Assembly: GCA_973895155.1 (NCBI GenBank) | Contig: OZ316897.1 | Location: 11,741,832 to 11,805,831 of the forward strand | Length of the DNA stretch: 64,000 nt | Reading direction: 5' to 3' | Origin: Marsupella aquatica | Taxonomy: Eukaryota; Plantae; Marchantiophyta | Shown: piece by piece, positions 49,702 to 63,986 of the stretch | How positions within the stretch are numbered: position 1 is the first letter of the stretch | How the letters are laid out: each line of letters opens with the position of its first letter | The notes under the pieces: generated by a model | Database searches by the model: none | What the model saw: only the letters and a program-made list of their open reading frames with translations | What the model was told of the DNA's origin: nothing | Program-made: the position numbers and the translations under genes

Positions 49702-51896
49702 TGATGCATTTGTCTCCAAATCTGTCTGTCGAAGATTCATGGTCCCTCACGAAAATGTCAATGAAACCGACCATTGCAGATGTCCATTAGAAATTACAGA
49801 CAACCACGAATGGTAGGATCCTGGATTCGTGTGATTTTTGAATTTTAAGAAAATAGACAGCTGCGACTATTGCTTATAAACGCAATACTAAAGAACAGAT
49901 CAGATAGTCCTACAGATGACGCAGCGATCATGCAGGTGCTAGAGAGTTTAATGTAAGCAACCCTAGGGAAATGTATCTGAGGCTCGATCTGAGGTTGATG
50001 CAGGATTGGCAAAAAGCTCTGAAATGAACATGAGTGATCATCATAGATCTAGTTTAGTCTAGCTATATAGGCATAATTGGTTACATCCAACCCTCATGCT
50101 TTGAAAGTGCGCATGCCACTGACTACTACTGTCGTCCTGAGCTTAGCAAGGTCAAGATAATATGTCCCAACATCCGTATTGAAGCCCCATTCTCATAGCC
50201 TACGAGCTTCGCTGCCCAAAAGCAAAATTGAAGGCCCTCAGACCGCAATAAGGTTAACATCCCGAAAGTCTGTTTACCAAATTTATTTGCACAGATCGAA
50301 AATGATGTCCCTTTCCCGAGCACAAAAAGTCAAGAGGGCTCCATTAAGTACACTGTAGATATACGGTGAGGGTATCGCAGTGGAGTTGGTGGAAACTGGA
50401 GTGGATCGAGGCACAGCGTTGGAGGATCACCCCGAGGATCACTATCAGAATATATGGGAGTCTGAACTCGTTGAATCTCCATGCATATGGCAGGATGCCT
50501 CCGGAGTTGCGAGCTCTTGAAATTTGTTGCCGATAACCAACATTCAGTGAATGTCTCGTTACAAGTTTATCTCCAGACTGATGCTATCGGGGATACTATT
50601 TCACTTTCCCGGTCCCAATCATTACGTTGCAGAGATCTTTTACAAGTCTTTCAGGGTATCATGAAGTCTGCGCTTCGGGGTAGGGGATGCCAGCGACCAC
50701 AACGCCGGCAACAGCGATGGCAGCTTTCCAGCTTTTTCCCGGCCCAACTTCTGTGCTTCTGAGCTACTGGTCAGGGAGTTCATTTTCTCCAATCATGGCA
50801 TGGAAATAATTAGAGAGAAAGCAGCGGCGGCCAACAAAAACTCCTACAGTAGGTAGTATAATAACCTCTAGGTCTGTAGTAGCTACAGAGCGCGTCAGCG
50901 CTAAACTCTTGGCGAAACTGCTCGTGACTCTCTACAGCCTACTACAGCACAGCCCTTCATCATGAAAAACTCGCCATTGAGTACAATTCCTGGAGCCAGG
51001 TTGGTTGTATCGTCCGATCCTACTGAACAGACTCTATACGTGGTGCACTAGTCTCCAGCTTTATCCACGTATTCTCCAACTAGTGGTAGTACTTGAACTT
51101 GAAAGTTGGTGCTTGAGGGATCAATGTCCAACTAGAATTGACATTGTGGGACTTTTGCAATCATGCTTCTCTCGCATGTAGTAGTAGCTCTTCTTTTCTC
51201 GGTTTATAGTTTTTCGGAAGTGATTATATTTTTTGTAGTTCAATTGAGTGAGTGCCCTTTGTAATGCGTGACGGGGATCGGTTCACTCTGAGTGATTGAT
51301 ATTCTTTCATCTCTTCGTTATGTATCGACAACAACTTCTCCTAAATCATCAGATCCCTGCATATGACTTGTGTTGAATTCAACATTGGCCAACCCCAAAA
51401 TCTTTCGGATTCATTTGCAAGAGATCATGAGGCCTGGGTGAGGGTATCCTGAGATTGTCGTGGAAGTCACGTGCGCAGAATAGAAATCATTCTAGCAGGT
51501 GGTGATTAACTGGAACATTATGTTGTCAACATTATTTTGTCTAATTTGTTGGTCCCAAGCTGTATACCGCAGATATGTCTGGACATTTCTGAATTTGTTC
51601 AGTTAAACCACCACTGCCCATATATAAGGGCTACGCGGCAGTGTCCAAAGACTTATCCATTTTTCCACATTACACTCCCTTCTTCCTTCTAAGGTGACAC
51701 ATTGCTCCACTATTTTGGGAGAACATTGCTCTAGCTTAGTAGTGAAATTTGGATCCTACTGATAATCCCTAGCTGTTGAAGGGCAACTGTGATTTAGGGT
51801 CATCTTGCATGGGAGGGTCTTCAAATTATCGACCCTTTAAGTGATCAAGTGACACCTTTGGAATCAGCCAGAGTTTCCTGGGGTTTCCTGCCCCAC

Positions 51897-51999
51897 TCCT
51901 CACTGCTATACTAGCTCTTGTGGAGTTTCAAGGTGAGGTCAAATCCTCTCCTCACTGCTATACTAGCTCTTGTGGAGTTTCAAGGTGAGGTCAAATCCT
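51897..51999. repeat. Approximately 53-bp tandem duplication
   Basis: TCCTCACTGCTATACTAGCTCTTGTGGAGTTTCAAGGTGAGGTCAAATCCT occurs twice. Confidence 0.92.
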
Positions 52000-52319
52000 T
52001 TGAAATCAGATAAAACAGACAGCAGTGACCAGAAATGACAAAAAAACACTGACAAGAATAGTACTTCGCACCTCACACTTAGCACTCCACAAGGGAATGT
52101 ACATCCAGCAATTTAGGGAGTGCAAAAAGCCAAATTTTAAAGACCTCGCACATGCAAGACAACCCTTAATTAAGTCTCGTAGCCTCTTAGGGTAGCTGTG
52201 ATCTAAGTAGTAGCTTGTCAAGGCAACTCCTGAAAGTAAGTTGTTCAGTTGGTGGTCATGTTCAAGGAGGAGGAGATAATCTATGATGCGAAGACACATG
52301 AATTTTTGCTAGCAAGTAA

Positions 52320-52739
52320 TGTTGAGCAAAGATAACATTTACAACAACATGCCCATGAATCATCTAATGCACAAATAGTTGACATAAAAAGATATATGAT
52401 TCATATGAACTTGAGATTTCATCCACTGAAACACACAAGAACTTTATTGTACTCTAGGCCCATTGCCTATATCCAGTCTTCGTAATACAAGATCTCCCTA
52501 TATCTCAATTGATTTTATAACTATGAAATTAAATTACTCTTATTCAAATAAAGACCACTTGAGATATAGTATGCAATGTAGTTAATCTAACCTAGTTTGC
52601 GATTACAATTAGCCTTAACTACAATTAGAGTAGTAACACTAGATTACAAGTAAAAACTACCATTACAATTATAACACTCGACTAGAAGTAAAAACTACCA
52701 TTACAATTGTAACACTACACTAGAAGTAGGTGCCTAACA
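52320..52739 (-). mobile_element. Old, AT-shifted solo LTR related to copia B
   Basis: TGTTGAGCA...GCCCATGAA...ACACACAAGA...ACTCTAGGCC...CCTAACA; internal ~32-bp duplication at about 52640-52725. Confidence 0.7.
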
Positions 52740-53150
52740 AGTTGTTAGCAAGTTTCCAAGAATCATCACTCTGATTAACATTCAAACAAATCTGCATTCA
52801 AGATTTATTATTAAAATTATTCAAAGAAATGGGCATTCAAGGTCGTGAAGAAGAATTTTCGAACTACAGTCGAGCTAAAGAATTGTCATGGAGTTTAGGA
52901 GGAGTAGTGAGACAATTCTATCTCGAAGGAGTTGTGGGCTAAACCCTAAACATCAGCCTGGGCTCTGCTGATGGGCTCTTGAGGAGATACACGAGCCAAG
53001 GTCGCTTTGTAGAACTTTTTCAACGAGAATCGCAGAGCAACTATGGAAAGGGATGCAACAGGAGGATTGTTAGCACATTTCTTTGAAACTCTGAAGTCAC
53101 GAAACTCTTCTATGGTCGTTATCCTATAAGTTCCTGGTCAATCATGGAGC

Positions 53151-56100
53151 TTACTGGATATCATTCCTTAGAGTTGCCAGCATATCCTCCATATGGCGAA
53201 GTTGCTTTACTACAAGGGCTAGATCATTCAAAGAAGACCCGCTGTTTAGTTGAGAAGCGCCACTTCTCCTTTGTTCTCTCAGTATTCCTGAATTTCTCAG
53301 AGATGATGCTAAATCGGCACACAAGTCTCTAGAGCTCTTGACTGCTGCCTCAAGAGCAGCCAAAGTCGGTTCAATTTTCGTGGGCGCCACCGCCTTCAAT
53401 CCTGGTGTATTGTCTTCATCAATGGTAGACCGTTTGCTTACGTTACTTGGTGATAGAATATTTTCAAGGCTTCCACCTCCTGTGGTACACACGACTTCAA
53501 AGAATTACCGAAAATGTTACACTAACAAGCAAACAGGTCTCAAACTTATCTTGGACATCTGGAGAATAAGTACAAAACGGCTTCAAAGAATTATCTTAGA
53601 ATGTTGCACTTACAAGCAAAAGGGGCTCAAACTGTTTTTGGACATCTGAAGAATAATTCTACAACTGCCTAAGATCTTAATCTGTGTGAATATGGTTACA
53701 GCAAAAGACCAGGCTTACTCTTACCAAATTAACCCAAAATTCTGAATTTGAAAAGGTGAAAAAGAGGAAAGACATTTGCACAAACCAATTCTATTTAGCT
53801 GGTCGATGGCAGACTGCCCAACCGATCCATGCAGCTTTAGCAATTTCAAGACCCCTGCAGCCACCCTGCTGGCTGCTTCCACCTCTAGCTTCCCCAGTTG
53901 TATGAGATATTCAACTTCGGCTTTGGTGGCTTTCATCTTTATCTGCAAGGTGCACAAAGATATAAAAATACATTCCAAACTGAACCTTTTGTCTCAGTTT
54001 GTTATGGTTTCTCCATGCGCCGTGTGATGCATCTACGCACAGGTTTCCACACCAACAAAACAAGAGAACCCAAGTGGTGTGCATTGGATATGTCGAGGAG
54101 AGGAACCAAACATGCCCGTAATCACGACTCGTGCCTCACGCTGTCCTAAATTCTGGACGGACAGAGCCTGCTCTAAGGTATTCAGAACAAAGACCAGTCT
54201 ATCGCCCGGTTTACAGCCAACGTGTAGATAATCGTAGCTACGATGGAAACCAAATTAGGAGGCGATGTAGATCATTACCGGCTCCTTAACAGCAACCTGA
54301 ACACTCTCAACGACCCAATGCTCGCTTGGTCCACTATCATCGTGACCCCCAGTATTTTCAATGAGATTGGCTGCAAAGTCCAGCCCACTTTTACTCGTCA
54401 CTTGTAGGTTCACAGGTCGCAAGCCTGTACTCTGAGATCTTAATCCACTCCCATCCGAACTTCCAAAAGTTGCCCAGCCAGTAGTGACTTCTTTCCCTGG
54501 TAGGCCACTGGATTGTCTATCTTGGAGGGCTTCTTTGCCTTGAAGAAGTTGAGGTTTCAAGGTCTGAAGACCCTCAATCTGCATCTGTCCTTCCAAAGAG
54601 GATGCACCTTCTGAATTAGATATTATCAACATCAACATCATCAATTTACCTAACTATTTAATGCCAAAATTGTGACAAAAGCCAGTGCTGATATCAAGCA
54701 TCAAAAGGAACTCGACTCCAATCTTAAAGTAACGCGAGCAGATCAAATCTGTGCTACCTTCACAACATCTTCTTACCGTAATTTCTTGCACAGGGCTTGA
54801 AGAGCTAGATGGTTGCTTAAAAACAACAAGATCCTCCGATGTGTTCTTCCTACCCGTGGCTATGACACGCAGGCAGCGAAAGGTTGAATGCCAACACTTT
54901 TGCTCCCTGGACACAGCAGAATCACCCCTTCCGCAATCGGCTACGCCTTCTGAGCCTTCCAATGCAAAAAGCCAGTCCTGCAGCTGGAGATCTACGTCAA
55001 TTTCATCTGGCTTACCCATCTCCCATCCTTCGTCGTCGTCTGCGTCCACAGGGAGAACACAAATCAGAAGTTTTCACGAATGCTCTAACACTTGGATCAC
55101 AATTGGTTCCAGAGTGTATGGATGATACTGTCATGCACTCAATTGAAATAAAAGAAACCTATCACCACGGAAGAGCAAGCTATCCTAATGAAAACAACAA
55201 GTTATTTCCCAATAGTTTAGCGGTTTCGTAGCCGTTATATACATGTTGCAGATGCAGGTTTTTTTCAACCCAACTGCATGTAGACGATCTAAGCTATGAC
55301 CATTATTCAAGTTACAGTATAGTGAAACTCTGTCTCTCCAACGAACCTTTTTGAGATGCGGGAACAACTCCTGACGATGGTCTCAACAGCTCTGCCAAAG
55401 GGCCCTTTGATAGGTCCTTTATCACCTTTGTCAACCCTTTCCCAGGACCACCATCAGGCCCAAGCACACCAAAGCGGTGCAGAACTGCTTCTGTGTAAAC
55501 CATCCCACCACCCAACCTTACTCCTGCTATCTTAGCTGTAATTTTTAGATTGTGACAATCAGAATCCTCGTCTCGCAACGGAACCATGTGTATAACAGAA
55601 ATATCAAGGAATGGCGTTCGCTTTGGTCTAATACTTCCATTTGCGGCCACCTGAGCTTGGGCCATACTTCCTCTTTCATCTCCAATCCAGAGGACAGCAC
55701 GCATATCTGGGAGACCTTTTGAACCACTATACGAAGCTGACAGTTGTCTGTCGTCCTCTAAAGATTCTCTGAAGGACTCTCTAGATTGTCCAAGGGGAGC
55801 GCTGATCCTCCCAACTGAAGCTCTTGGGCTGAAAAGCTCAGTTTCAACACATTCAACTCGAATATCTTGGCAAGACAAGGCTGACGACAATACAGCAGCA
55901 CCACCTAGCATCCTGTGTGTTGCCTTCAGGCTAATCCCACGACTTGAAATCTGTACCATGGGTGGTCCTTCAATTGCAACTTTGTCGGGCACGGACTCCA
56001 ACAACTTCAACTCCAAGACACCAACCTTCAGAATCACAGCACTGTCATCCGGGGCTATCTTGGCAAGGCTACCGAGCGAACTTGCTCTTTTCAAGTTTGG

Positions 56101-59100
56101 ATTGGGATCTACAATTTTCTTGTTGGTTGCTCCAGGATCACCAGTTTCCAAGCCCTTGCTGACTCTTAGGAGTGTTCTACTTACTTCCCCCATGTATCCA
56201 TACATTCTCAATACGAAAAGCAACTGCTCACTGGAGGTATTCGAGGTATAGCTCTTGCAAGAAACACCAAGTCTAACAATACCCCCGGGAGGTGGCACGG
56301 TAAGCAAGGCTTTACCATCAGCCGTAACCATTGCGGCCTCAATGCATGGATCTGTCATTACAACACAGCGCCACAGACCAGCAGCCCACTCGGGAGCACC
56401 TACATTTTGAGCATGTTCATCACACCCTTCTGTTTCGAGCGCAATACTCAATTGCGTTGCCCGCATGACCCACCGCTGCTGACTGGAGTCGACAGGCTGT
56501 CCTTTCCAAAAAGCAAAGCATGAAGGATCTTCGTCTAAGTTTAGCAACCTGAAGGATAGGAACGGACTCTGGGCAAGCATGAACCCCTCCACGTGAAGTC
56601 TAGCTCCATTGAAACCTTCCCCGGTCCCATTTTCAAACTTAGTGGACTTGAGGGGAATCGTAAGGTCAAATTCTTTCAAGCTAAAATATATGGCATTCAA
56701 TGAGGTGTCAGCGAGCACTACACCACGCTCCACTACCACTCCATCAGCTAGAAATGATGCAATGCGTATGCATGACTCCTCTTGTAGATTGATCTGCAGG
56801 ACATTGAAATACGGCAACATATCAATATGCGGCCTCTAATTTCCTTCTCTCTAAGCACACAAGTGTCCTGCGCTACTATTTCAACCCAATTCCACCGAGT
56901 CATATATGTTGGGGACAATATCAACCTACTGATAGTCAGATGAAGTCCTCCCAGTATAAATTCAGTTGTAAATTTCCACATCTATCTACTTGGGATGGCA
57001 GACGAGAACTATCTGAAACACAGAAGATAAGAAAATCGAATCATAAGCTTATAAATACCATTAATGGTTGACATTGAACGACCATCTGGGAAGCAAGATT
57101 TGGTGCCGCAGGTGCTGGCATGGTATGTGAAGAAAACATGCAGAGCATAGGTGGCGCAGCCCTGGTTACTAGTTGGCTGTCAAGAGGATAGATCCTTGGC
57201 CACGTCTTTTCGCTAGCTGCATCGTAACACGGAAAGGTGAGGCTCACAGAATCCATAGGGTTCTGCTACATAGCAATAGCTGCATTCAAACAGCTAATTA
57301 TCATTCAGTTGAAACCTTCTAGACTAAACATACAAGATGGATCCAAAAGTCACACATGGACCTTCGACATCAAATTCAAATCAAGTCCAATCATTTGCCA
57401 AAAGTACTCGGTTTTCTATATTTTCTCTGGTCATTAGCATCATAAATGATTCCTTGTGCACTTTTGTAGAATTCCGAAACCAAACTATTACATAAGTTTA
57501 CTGAGATTATTCCTCGGGTTTACCATAAAGTTCCATCCTCCAAACACAAACCAAAAGACGTTTTTGGAAGGACATGAAATATTCTTAAAATATCAGGTAA
57601 AACATGAATTGCACGCATGAACACGCCAAAAGATCCGACGCGTACCAAAGGATGGAACTGGTGGGAAATCAGAGGGAGAAGTTCGCATGCTAGGCTGAAC
57701 AAGTGTGCATGATGGAGTTGAATATGAGTCTCTGTCATTCATGCGCCCAAAATTTCCGAAAATATGGTCAGTAAACGTATGCTTTTCAATTTCAACTTTT
57801 TAATTGTTACAAAGGGGGATGTTCAATTTCAACTTTTTAATTGTTACAAAGGGGGATGTAGGCAATTTGACCGAGTGATCTTTCTCATTTCACCTTAAAA
57901 AGAGATGACCCAACTCCAAGCGAGTCATTGCGCGAGAGCAATCTCCATCTGTTGCACTTGCCTGTTTAGAGCTCACCAGTTAAAACCATGATAAACGCAT
58001 TCTTCAATCGATTACAAGGAAAAGCAAAGTATATTGTACCGCAGGCTTCCACATCTGAAATGCATCCTACAAGCGAGAGTGACCTCAAAGCAAATATAAG
58101 TTCTTGATATCCAAAGGGCCGACTCAACCAAAATTATTGTCCCAAGTGTGGGATGGCATATACAACCTACCCGAATATAGGTCAGGGATTGCATTAGAAG
58201 TTCAAGCTGGAAATCTGTCACATCATTAGACAATATGATATCAATTCAGACCCAACCAGATACTTGCTGAGTTATTGACGAAATTATCATAGGCTAAATC
58301 AAAACCAGAGAACAGACAAGAACGTTTATTTCATCAGATTATAACAGAGGCACCAGGACAAGACAAACCTGCGTCCTTGATACAAAGGAAGATATCATCA
58401 ACAGTGACTTTGACCATTGTGCGTCCAGCTGCCTCATCCGACTGAAACGACACCAAGTTTTAGGCAAGAATTTCCATGAAAGATGAGACGATTCTTAGAT
58501 GTTTTGAAAAGGAAGAAAAATGACATATTAATATGAAGTGACGAGGAACCACACATTCTCTAGACATTTGTCAGAAAAGCATGTCCGGCGTCCATGACAA
58601 AGAAGATGAAGTCAGTAATAAATTATCATCATTCTTGCTTCAAAAACATCATAACCGGTGACTAACGTGGAGGAGGCAGAAATAAAGGGTGCAATTAGGA
58701 CCTTAAAATTCCAAAGAACTATGGTCACATGCTCTCACCTGGAGTAAATTTGTTGTTGAGCATATAAGAACGGAAAACTAACCTGTTCCGCTGCAGGATC
58801 CACATCTCCACGATTGATGCAGACATAGACACCAGTCATGAATCGTAGGAGAGCTCGCAGACCTGTTGGCAAACGTATAAAACAAACACTTGAGAGCAGA
58901 CAGATTCATGGTTTCAAATGTTGCTACGGTTTATCACGGATACCGCAAGGAACCCGTGCAATTCATGGTAGGAACCAAATTTATGGTGCACTCTGAACTC
59001 AGCAGAATACGGTCACTTCAACCCCTCGAAAAAATATCATAGTAGCCTCAGGTCAAAACAACTGACACACCAAGCCATCTCACCGACGTGCCCTTGCCTA

Positions 59101-62100
59101 AATGCTTCTCTTGGATGCAGGTTATGCAAATGCAATCCCTTTCTTTATCTTCGTTTTCTTAAAGAACAGTGCCCTTTCGAAATCCGTCGACCCAAGGTTT
59201 TTCTCCAACATACACCCCACGATCACTCTCCAGCACTGTCTCAATAGTTCCAATGTGTTGCACGAATCCTTAATCCCTTACCAGGTGCATAAATCGAGTC
59301 CCAAGAAGTGCGATGGTAGGATGCATGTTTCCACGTGCCGCGATACAAGAAGTGTGATTGTGACTGTGCTTTCAAACCCACATCCTCCAAACTAGAGGTA
59401 TTCCGTATATGATCGGGACATGCAAACGACTAGGAAACACCCCTAAAACATCTCGTTGACATCAAATAAGTCGACACTCCATCTGCTTCTACTTATAACT
59501 GCCACGCTCGAGACGCACTAGAACTGGTAGAATGGTAAAGGTCACATCATCCCCATGAGTGTTACCGTCACAAAGAAACCCAGATTGCTTTCCGCTTTGA
59601 TTTATATCTGCTTACAATGAATGTTTATGACGAGTCATCGTAATAACTCTGACAACAGGCAGTGCTCTCATGATCAGATGCTTACCTGGCTCACTTAATG
59701 CAGGACACACTGCCTCTGGTATGACGACTTGCACCTCAAGTGCAAGGGGATTGTTTAGCTCTGTCCTGTGCATTGTTATCTGAGGAGGGGCAACAAACAA
59801 CAATGTGACTCTTGGGGCATTGATCATACATTACACATTGAGGGAATATGAAAGATCAGCAAGGTCGGGCTGCAATCCACGCGAATATGACGGCTACAAT
59901 AGTGATGGAGAAAAATATTACATAGGCTGCGCCTGAAATGCTGTCCAAGAAACGCTCCCCCCCAAAAAACCTTCGTTTAGCCCCAGCATCATCGCGATTG
60001 TCGTCTGTATCTGTGTCCCCCAGATTTTCATCAGCAAACATGTCTGGATGTGGAAGGAGATCAACTGATAACGACTCCCACTCCAGCTTCTGCAGGCATC
60101 GTCAGTGACAACATGTTAAAGCTCTAGCAAAACCGACCAAGTCTGGTCCTCAATAGAAAAACAAAATTTGACAAGACTCAAAAGTCTAGATATTACTGAT
60201 CCACGATATCACTGATCCACAACAGGCATCGATAACAAAAATATACCTTGAAGACGTAGATGCATCTTTTGTTGGAAAAGTAATCTCTTGCTTCCTTCAG
60301 ATTCACGACCTGGACATAAAGAACTTACAGAAATTCAGAGACGACAACTGTAGAGATCTCTAAAAGTAGAGCCTCTCAAAGCTGGAAAGAGAAAAGTACA
60401 GCAACTAAAATGATGCCAGTCAAAACTTACTTTCCAGTTTTCATCGGTCGTGTAAAGCAGTAAGTTGCGAATTGTAATAGATGCGAGTGGTGGGGTCCTG
60501 ATCGTGACCAATAAGCAGCCTCAATATTAGAGGCTAGACCGAGATTATAACGACACGCCATATGAAGCACAATGTATGAGCAATAGCAACATGCAATAAT
60601 TTTCCTGAAAAGATGCATTAATGATAGGATACAGAAATAGAGCTTGACTACATGTTATCCGTTTAATGCTCCAGTTGGTCATCATACCAAGCGGCTCCTC
60701 CACGACCACCTCCGCCTCTAGTTTCCAGCATAAGGTTTACTGTACCCACTGCAATTGTCATCCCATCTGCAATCTGATTCCTTTATCAGTGTGAGATGAA
60801 GTCAATCAGTTAGACAGGTGCAAGACAAAAACAAGTCCTATGGTCAAACAAGCTGATTGAGATCGACCAGGGAGGGAGAAGTTAATTATTCCCACCTTGT
60901 CTGCAAAGCCATAGCTGGTACTAGCCTTTGTAGGCGTCGCTGGCTGGCTCCTGCATCACAAGAATCACAACTAAAGTCATAAGAAGGTAATTTTCAGGTT
61001 TACTCTTGCAATTTAGACAACAATCCACCATCATAAGTACTAAAATGTCAAACTAGCTGTAAAGAACTCACTGCACTTACTGCACCAACTTTGGTTTTAT
61101 AACACAGATCTGCGTGAACTCACTGTCACCAAGTTGCAACAACAATGACATGAATCACAGGAGAGAGATCAAACCTGTTCCCAGCAACGGAACTATCGTG
61201 GTCACTGCCACTAGTCTCAACCAATACGATATCAAGCTTGTCAATCTCAATCACGATTGGCTCTGAATTTACATAAGTAATCGAGGGCAGCTGCATTATC
61301 CCAACATGTCGTTAGGATGAATCATGGTTACAAGCACGGTGTACCATCGGATTCAATCGTGAACAACAGATAAACACATTATACCAGCACCATTGAGACA
61401 ACGTCACATTGCACAACTGTATCAAATGAAGATTCTTGCCAACAACTATGAACAAATGACAAGACTTTAACAATACTGGCGGTCAGCTAGCTTAATAAAG
61501 CCCCAGAAAAGAGCCAAAGTCAGTTCTACTGTTCGAAATGTTGATACAGGAGAAATAAGTTTATGGTGGACGATGCCACAAAATTGATGTGATATGATGC
61601 CAACCCACTATTTGTCCCTATGGTGCATGTAGGTTACCTTCAACTCAAACTTTCCGACTCGAGCCTGTGCCACTCGAAGGGTTGGAGGAAGTCCGATCGC
61701 CGCATGTAGAACATCTCCATTTAGGTCTGTGCTATAGAAATGTGCACTCTGTTACCAGCTGACATATAGTACCTTTCCCAAGCATAAAATTCCCGTTCAA
61801 CTGAACTCGGATCACTCAGTGCCTTCAATTTCAACTACAAAAATAGGGAAAAAATTGGTAGAAAATAAACCTCAATAGTGACAACCTAAGGCTCCAATCA
61901 TGAATTTAAAATCCTGGACTTGAACCTGCAGTATTCCATCAATTTCTAGGCAATATTGAATCAGGTGGATTTCGCACATCCATGGCTATCAGTATAAGGT
62001 GTACTCCTCTTGTCTACATTGCTTGGAACTGTATGTAATGTAATTCCCCAATCAGCCCATAATGCCAACCGCTCAAGAGCCAGTAAGTAGTTAAAGATTT

Positions 62101-63022
62101 TAATAAGTAAGAGAGTGGACACTAATGATCCTGCAAGCCACTAATGCCCGTCCACCTGCGTCTTGGGCAACCTATCGTACTGTCCAATAAAAAGGAATCG
62201 AGACTTTAACATCTTTGTACAGCCCTGCTTGCAACCTGAAAGATTCCTGGTGACCAAGGCTTACAAAAGCTTCTTCCTTTCCGTTAGGTTAGGGCAGCTG
62301 GAAATATTAAAGTCCATCAAGATCCTTGGGATAGGGTGCCCTGAGATTTCCAACTCTCGTTGCTTTAGTGCTTTCACCATCACCAACGGCATCTAAAAAG
62401 TCGTTAGGAAACCTTCTGTGCCTTGATGGGCATGTGTTATTTCTTCTGAAACTATTCGGTGCAATAATTAGGTACAAGGCAACGTGATCCGTTTAGGTTT
62501 CATATATTCGGGTTACAGCTACCTTCCTCTATTAGATATCTTTGACGTCAAAGCGAAGCTGAGACCCTTTAAGCTTATTGTAATACATCAACATTACTCG
62601 TACCCCACAATCATCGCAACCTTGAGAGCCACGCAGTAACACAGACTCAAGAACGTACTGCCCCAGTATTATCCTACACTCAAACGGCTTTCCATTTGTT
62701 TATATCCGGAATTAAAGTATCTGAGATTAATAGTTGACACATAATGGGGTCTACTTGATATCACCGTTGAAAGTTTCGGCTGCACAATTCCCTTCATATC
62801 ATCGTGACGTAGACCACCATGATCGTGGATTCATGCCACATTCTCGTCAAGAACTCAAATTGCAACAAACAGTCGGCAGACCGAGATGTATGGAAAGAAG
62901 GAGAACACACCGAGATTGTATAGGTGCACACTGCGGCCTTGGAGCTTAAACTGCTCTCTCGAAAATGACCGCAACCAATACTTGAGCTTCGATTCTAGTG
63001 CCCTCACTAGAAGGGACTCCAT
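53151..63022 (-). CDS. Chorein-N / UHRF1BP1-like (BLTP3, At3g20720-type) bridge-like lipid transfer protein; 20 exons, about 1286 aa
   Basis: N-terminus MESLLVRALESKLKYWLRSFSREQFKLQGR; YGFADKIADGMT, KKLEWESLSVDLLPHPDMF, CPALSEPGLRALLRF. Phase-consistent exons: 63022-62911, 61726-61638, 61290-61175, 60950-60896, 60773-60688, 60497-60431, 60309-60247, 60089-59922, 59779-59686, 58862-58783, 58441-58369, 58214-58171, 57961-57894, 57731-57646, 57216-57059, 56793-55347, 55039-54777, 54584-54279, 53942-53786, 53479-53151. Confidence 0.92.
53494..53665. repeat. Approximately 87-bp diverged tandem duplication in the last intron
   Basis: CTTCAAAGAATTA...ACAAGCAAA...TTGGACATCTG occurs twice. Confidence 0.8.
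57785..57858. repeat. Approximately 37-bp perfect intronic tandem duplication
   Basis: TTCAATTTCAACTTTTTAATTGTTACAAAGGGGGATG occurs twice. Confidence 0.92.
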
Positions 63023-63935
63023 GGCTTTCACAGTGATATACCACTTAACGGGTGTGTTTCTATATTCGTGTATAGCATTCAATCTTCTCAAAGCTAACGA
63101 TTGCTATAACGACTTCCGCCTCTCCTCTTCTTCATTTCCGCCTCGTTGGATATCTATCCATCTAGGATGAAGTTCAGAATCCTGCATGCAGCCCCAGAGG
63201 AACTTCGGCGCATCGCCAGGGATGCTACATTACAAATCCACATCGCGAAATGATTTCCTGCGATCCCGTAATCGAATTAGGACGGTCCAACCGAAATGAA
63301 TCCGTTCCAGCGACGACAGACGTCCATGCTCTCACACATCTGGCTATCGCCGCGAATTCTGTCCGCCTCCTCACTAGTGTCCCTATTTGTTGTCCTTCTC
63401 CTGACCTCGTCTTCTGTGCACCACCTACCCCCGGAGCCTCTTCTTCTCCAGCTCTCTCCCGCTCTTTCCACTTCCACATCCACATCCTTCAGCTGAAGCA
63501 CGTCAGATCTTGAGATCCACGTAACTACCTCAGGTCGCACCGAGCTTGTCTTTCAAATCGCTGCAGAATCGCAACGCCTACACACCAAATCTCGCCAAGT
63601 TGAAAGGAATCCGGTCCTACATTCCTAGATCCGACTCTTACCTTCTCCAATTCACGAGATGAGACCAACTGCGCTCACTCTACTCTCTATCAAACCCCCT
63701 AAGCAGAAAGAAAGACTCAATGATCCGCTCTCTTAAACCCTCGCTGCATGTATGGCCACTGCACCACACCAGCGAAAAGAGAAGAGCAACAAGAAGAGAA
63801 AGAAGACGTCTACTAGCGAATCCGATCCTAAACTTCTAGATCAGTGAACTAATCTCATTCTCCTCCGATTCAAATGAGACCAACAGCTCGCTCCATCTCA
63901 AATCAAGCGAGCACAGAGTTGGCTTATTTTCTGCT

Positions 63936-63986
63936 CCGATCCGAACCGATCCAATCCAATCCAATCCGATCCGATCCGATCCGATC
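63936..63986. repeat. (CCRAT)n pentanucleotide repeat upstream of the BLTP3-like gene
   Basis: About 10 CCGAT/CCAAT units. Confidence 0.9.

Noticed and set aside
52939-52951. CTAAACCCTAAAC as a telomerase RNA template or interstitial telomere (also at about 15398)
   Set aside because: Fewer than two units, no USE/TATA or terminator context; lies in a 3' flank and in a gag fragment.
63225-63540. Overlapping short ORFs upstream of the BLTP3-like gene
   Set aside because: Low-complexity leader-like sequence; the conserved N-terminus begins at 63022.
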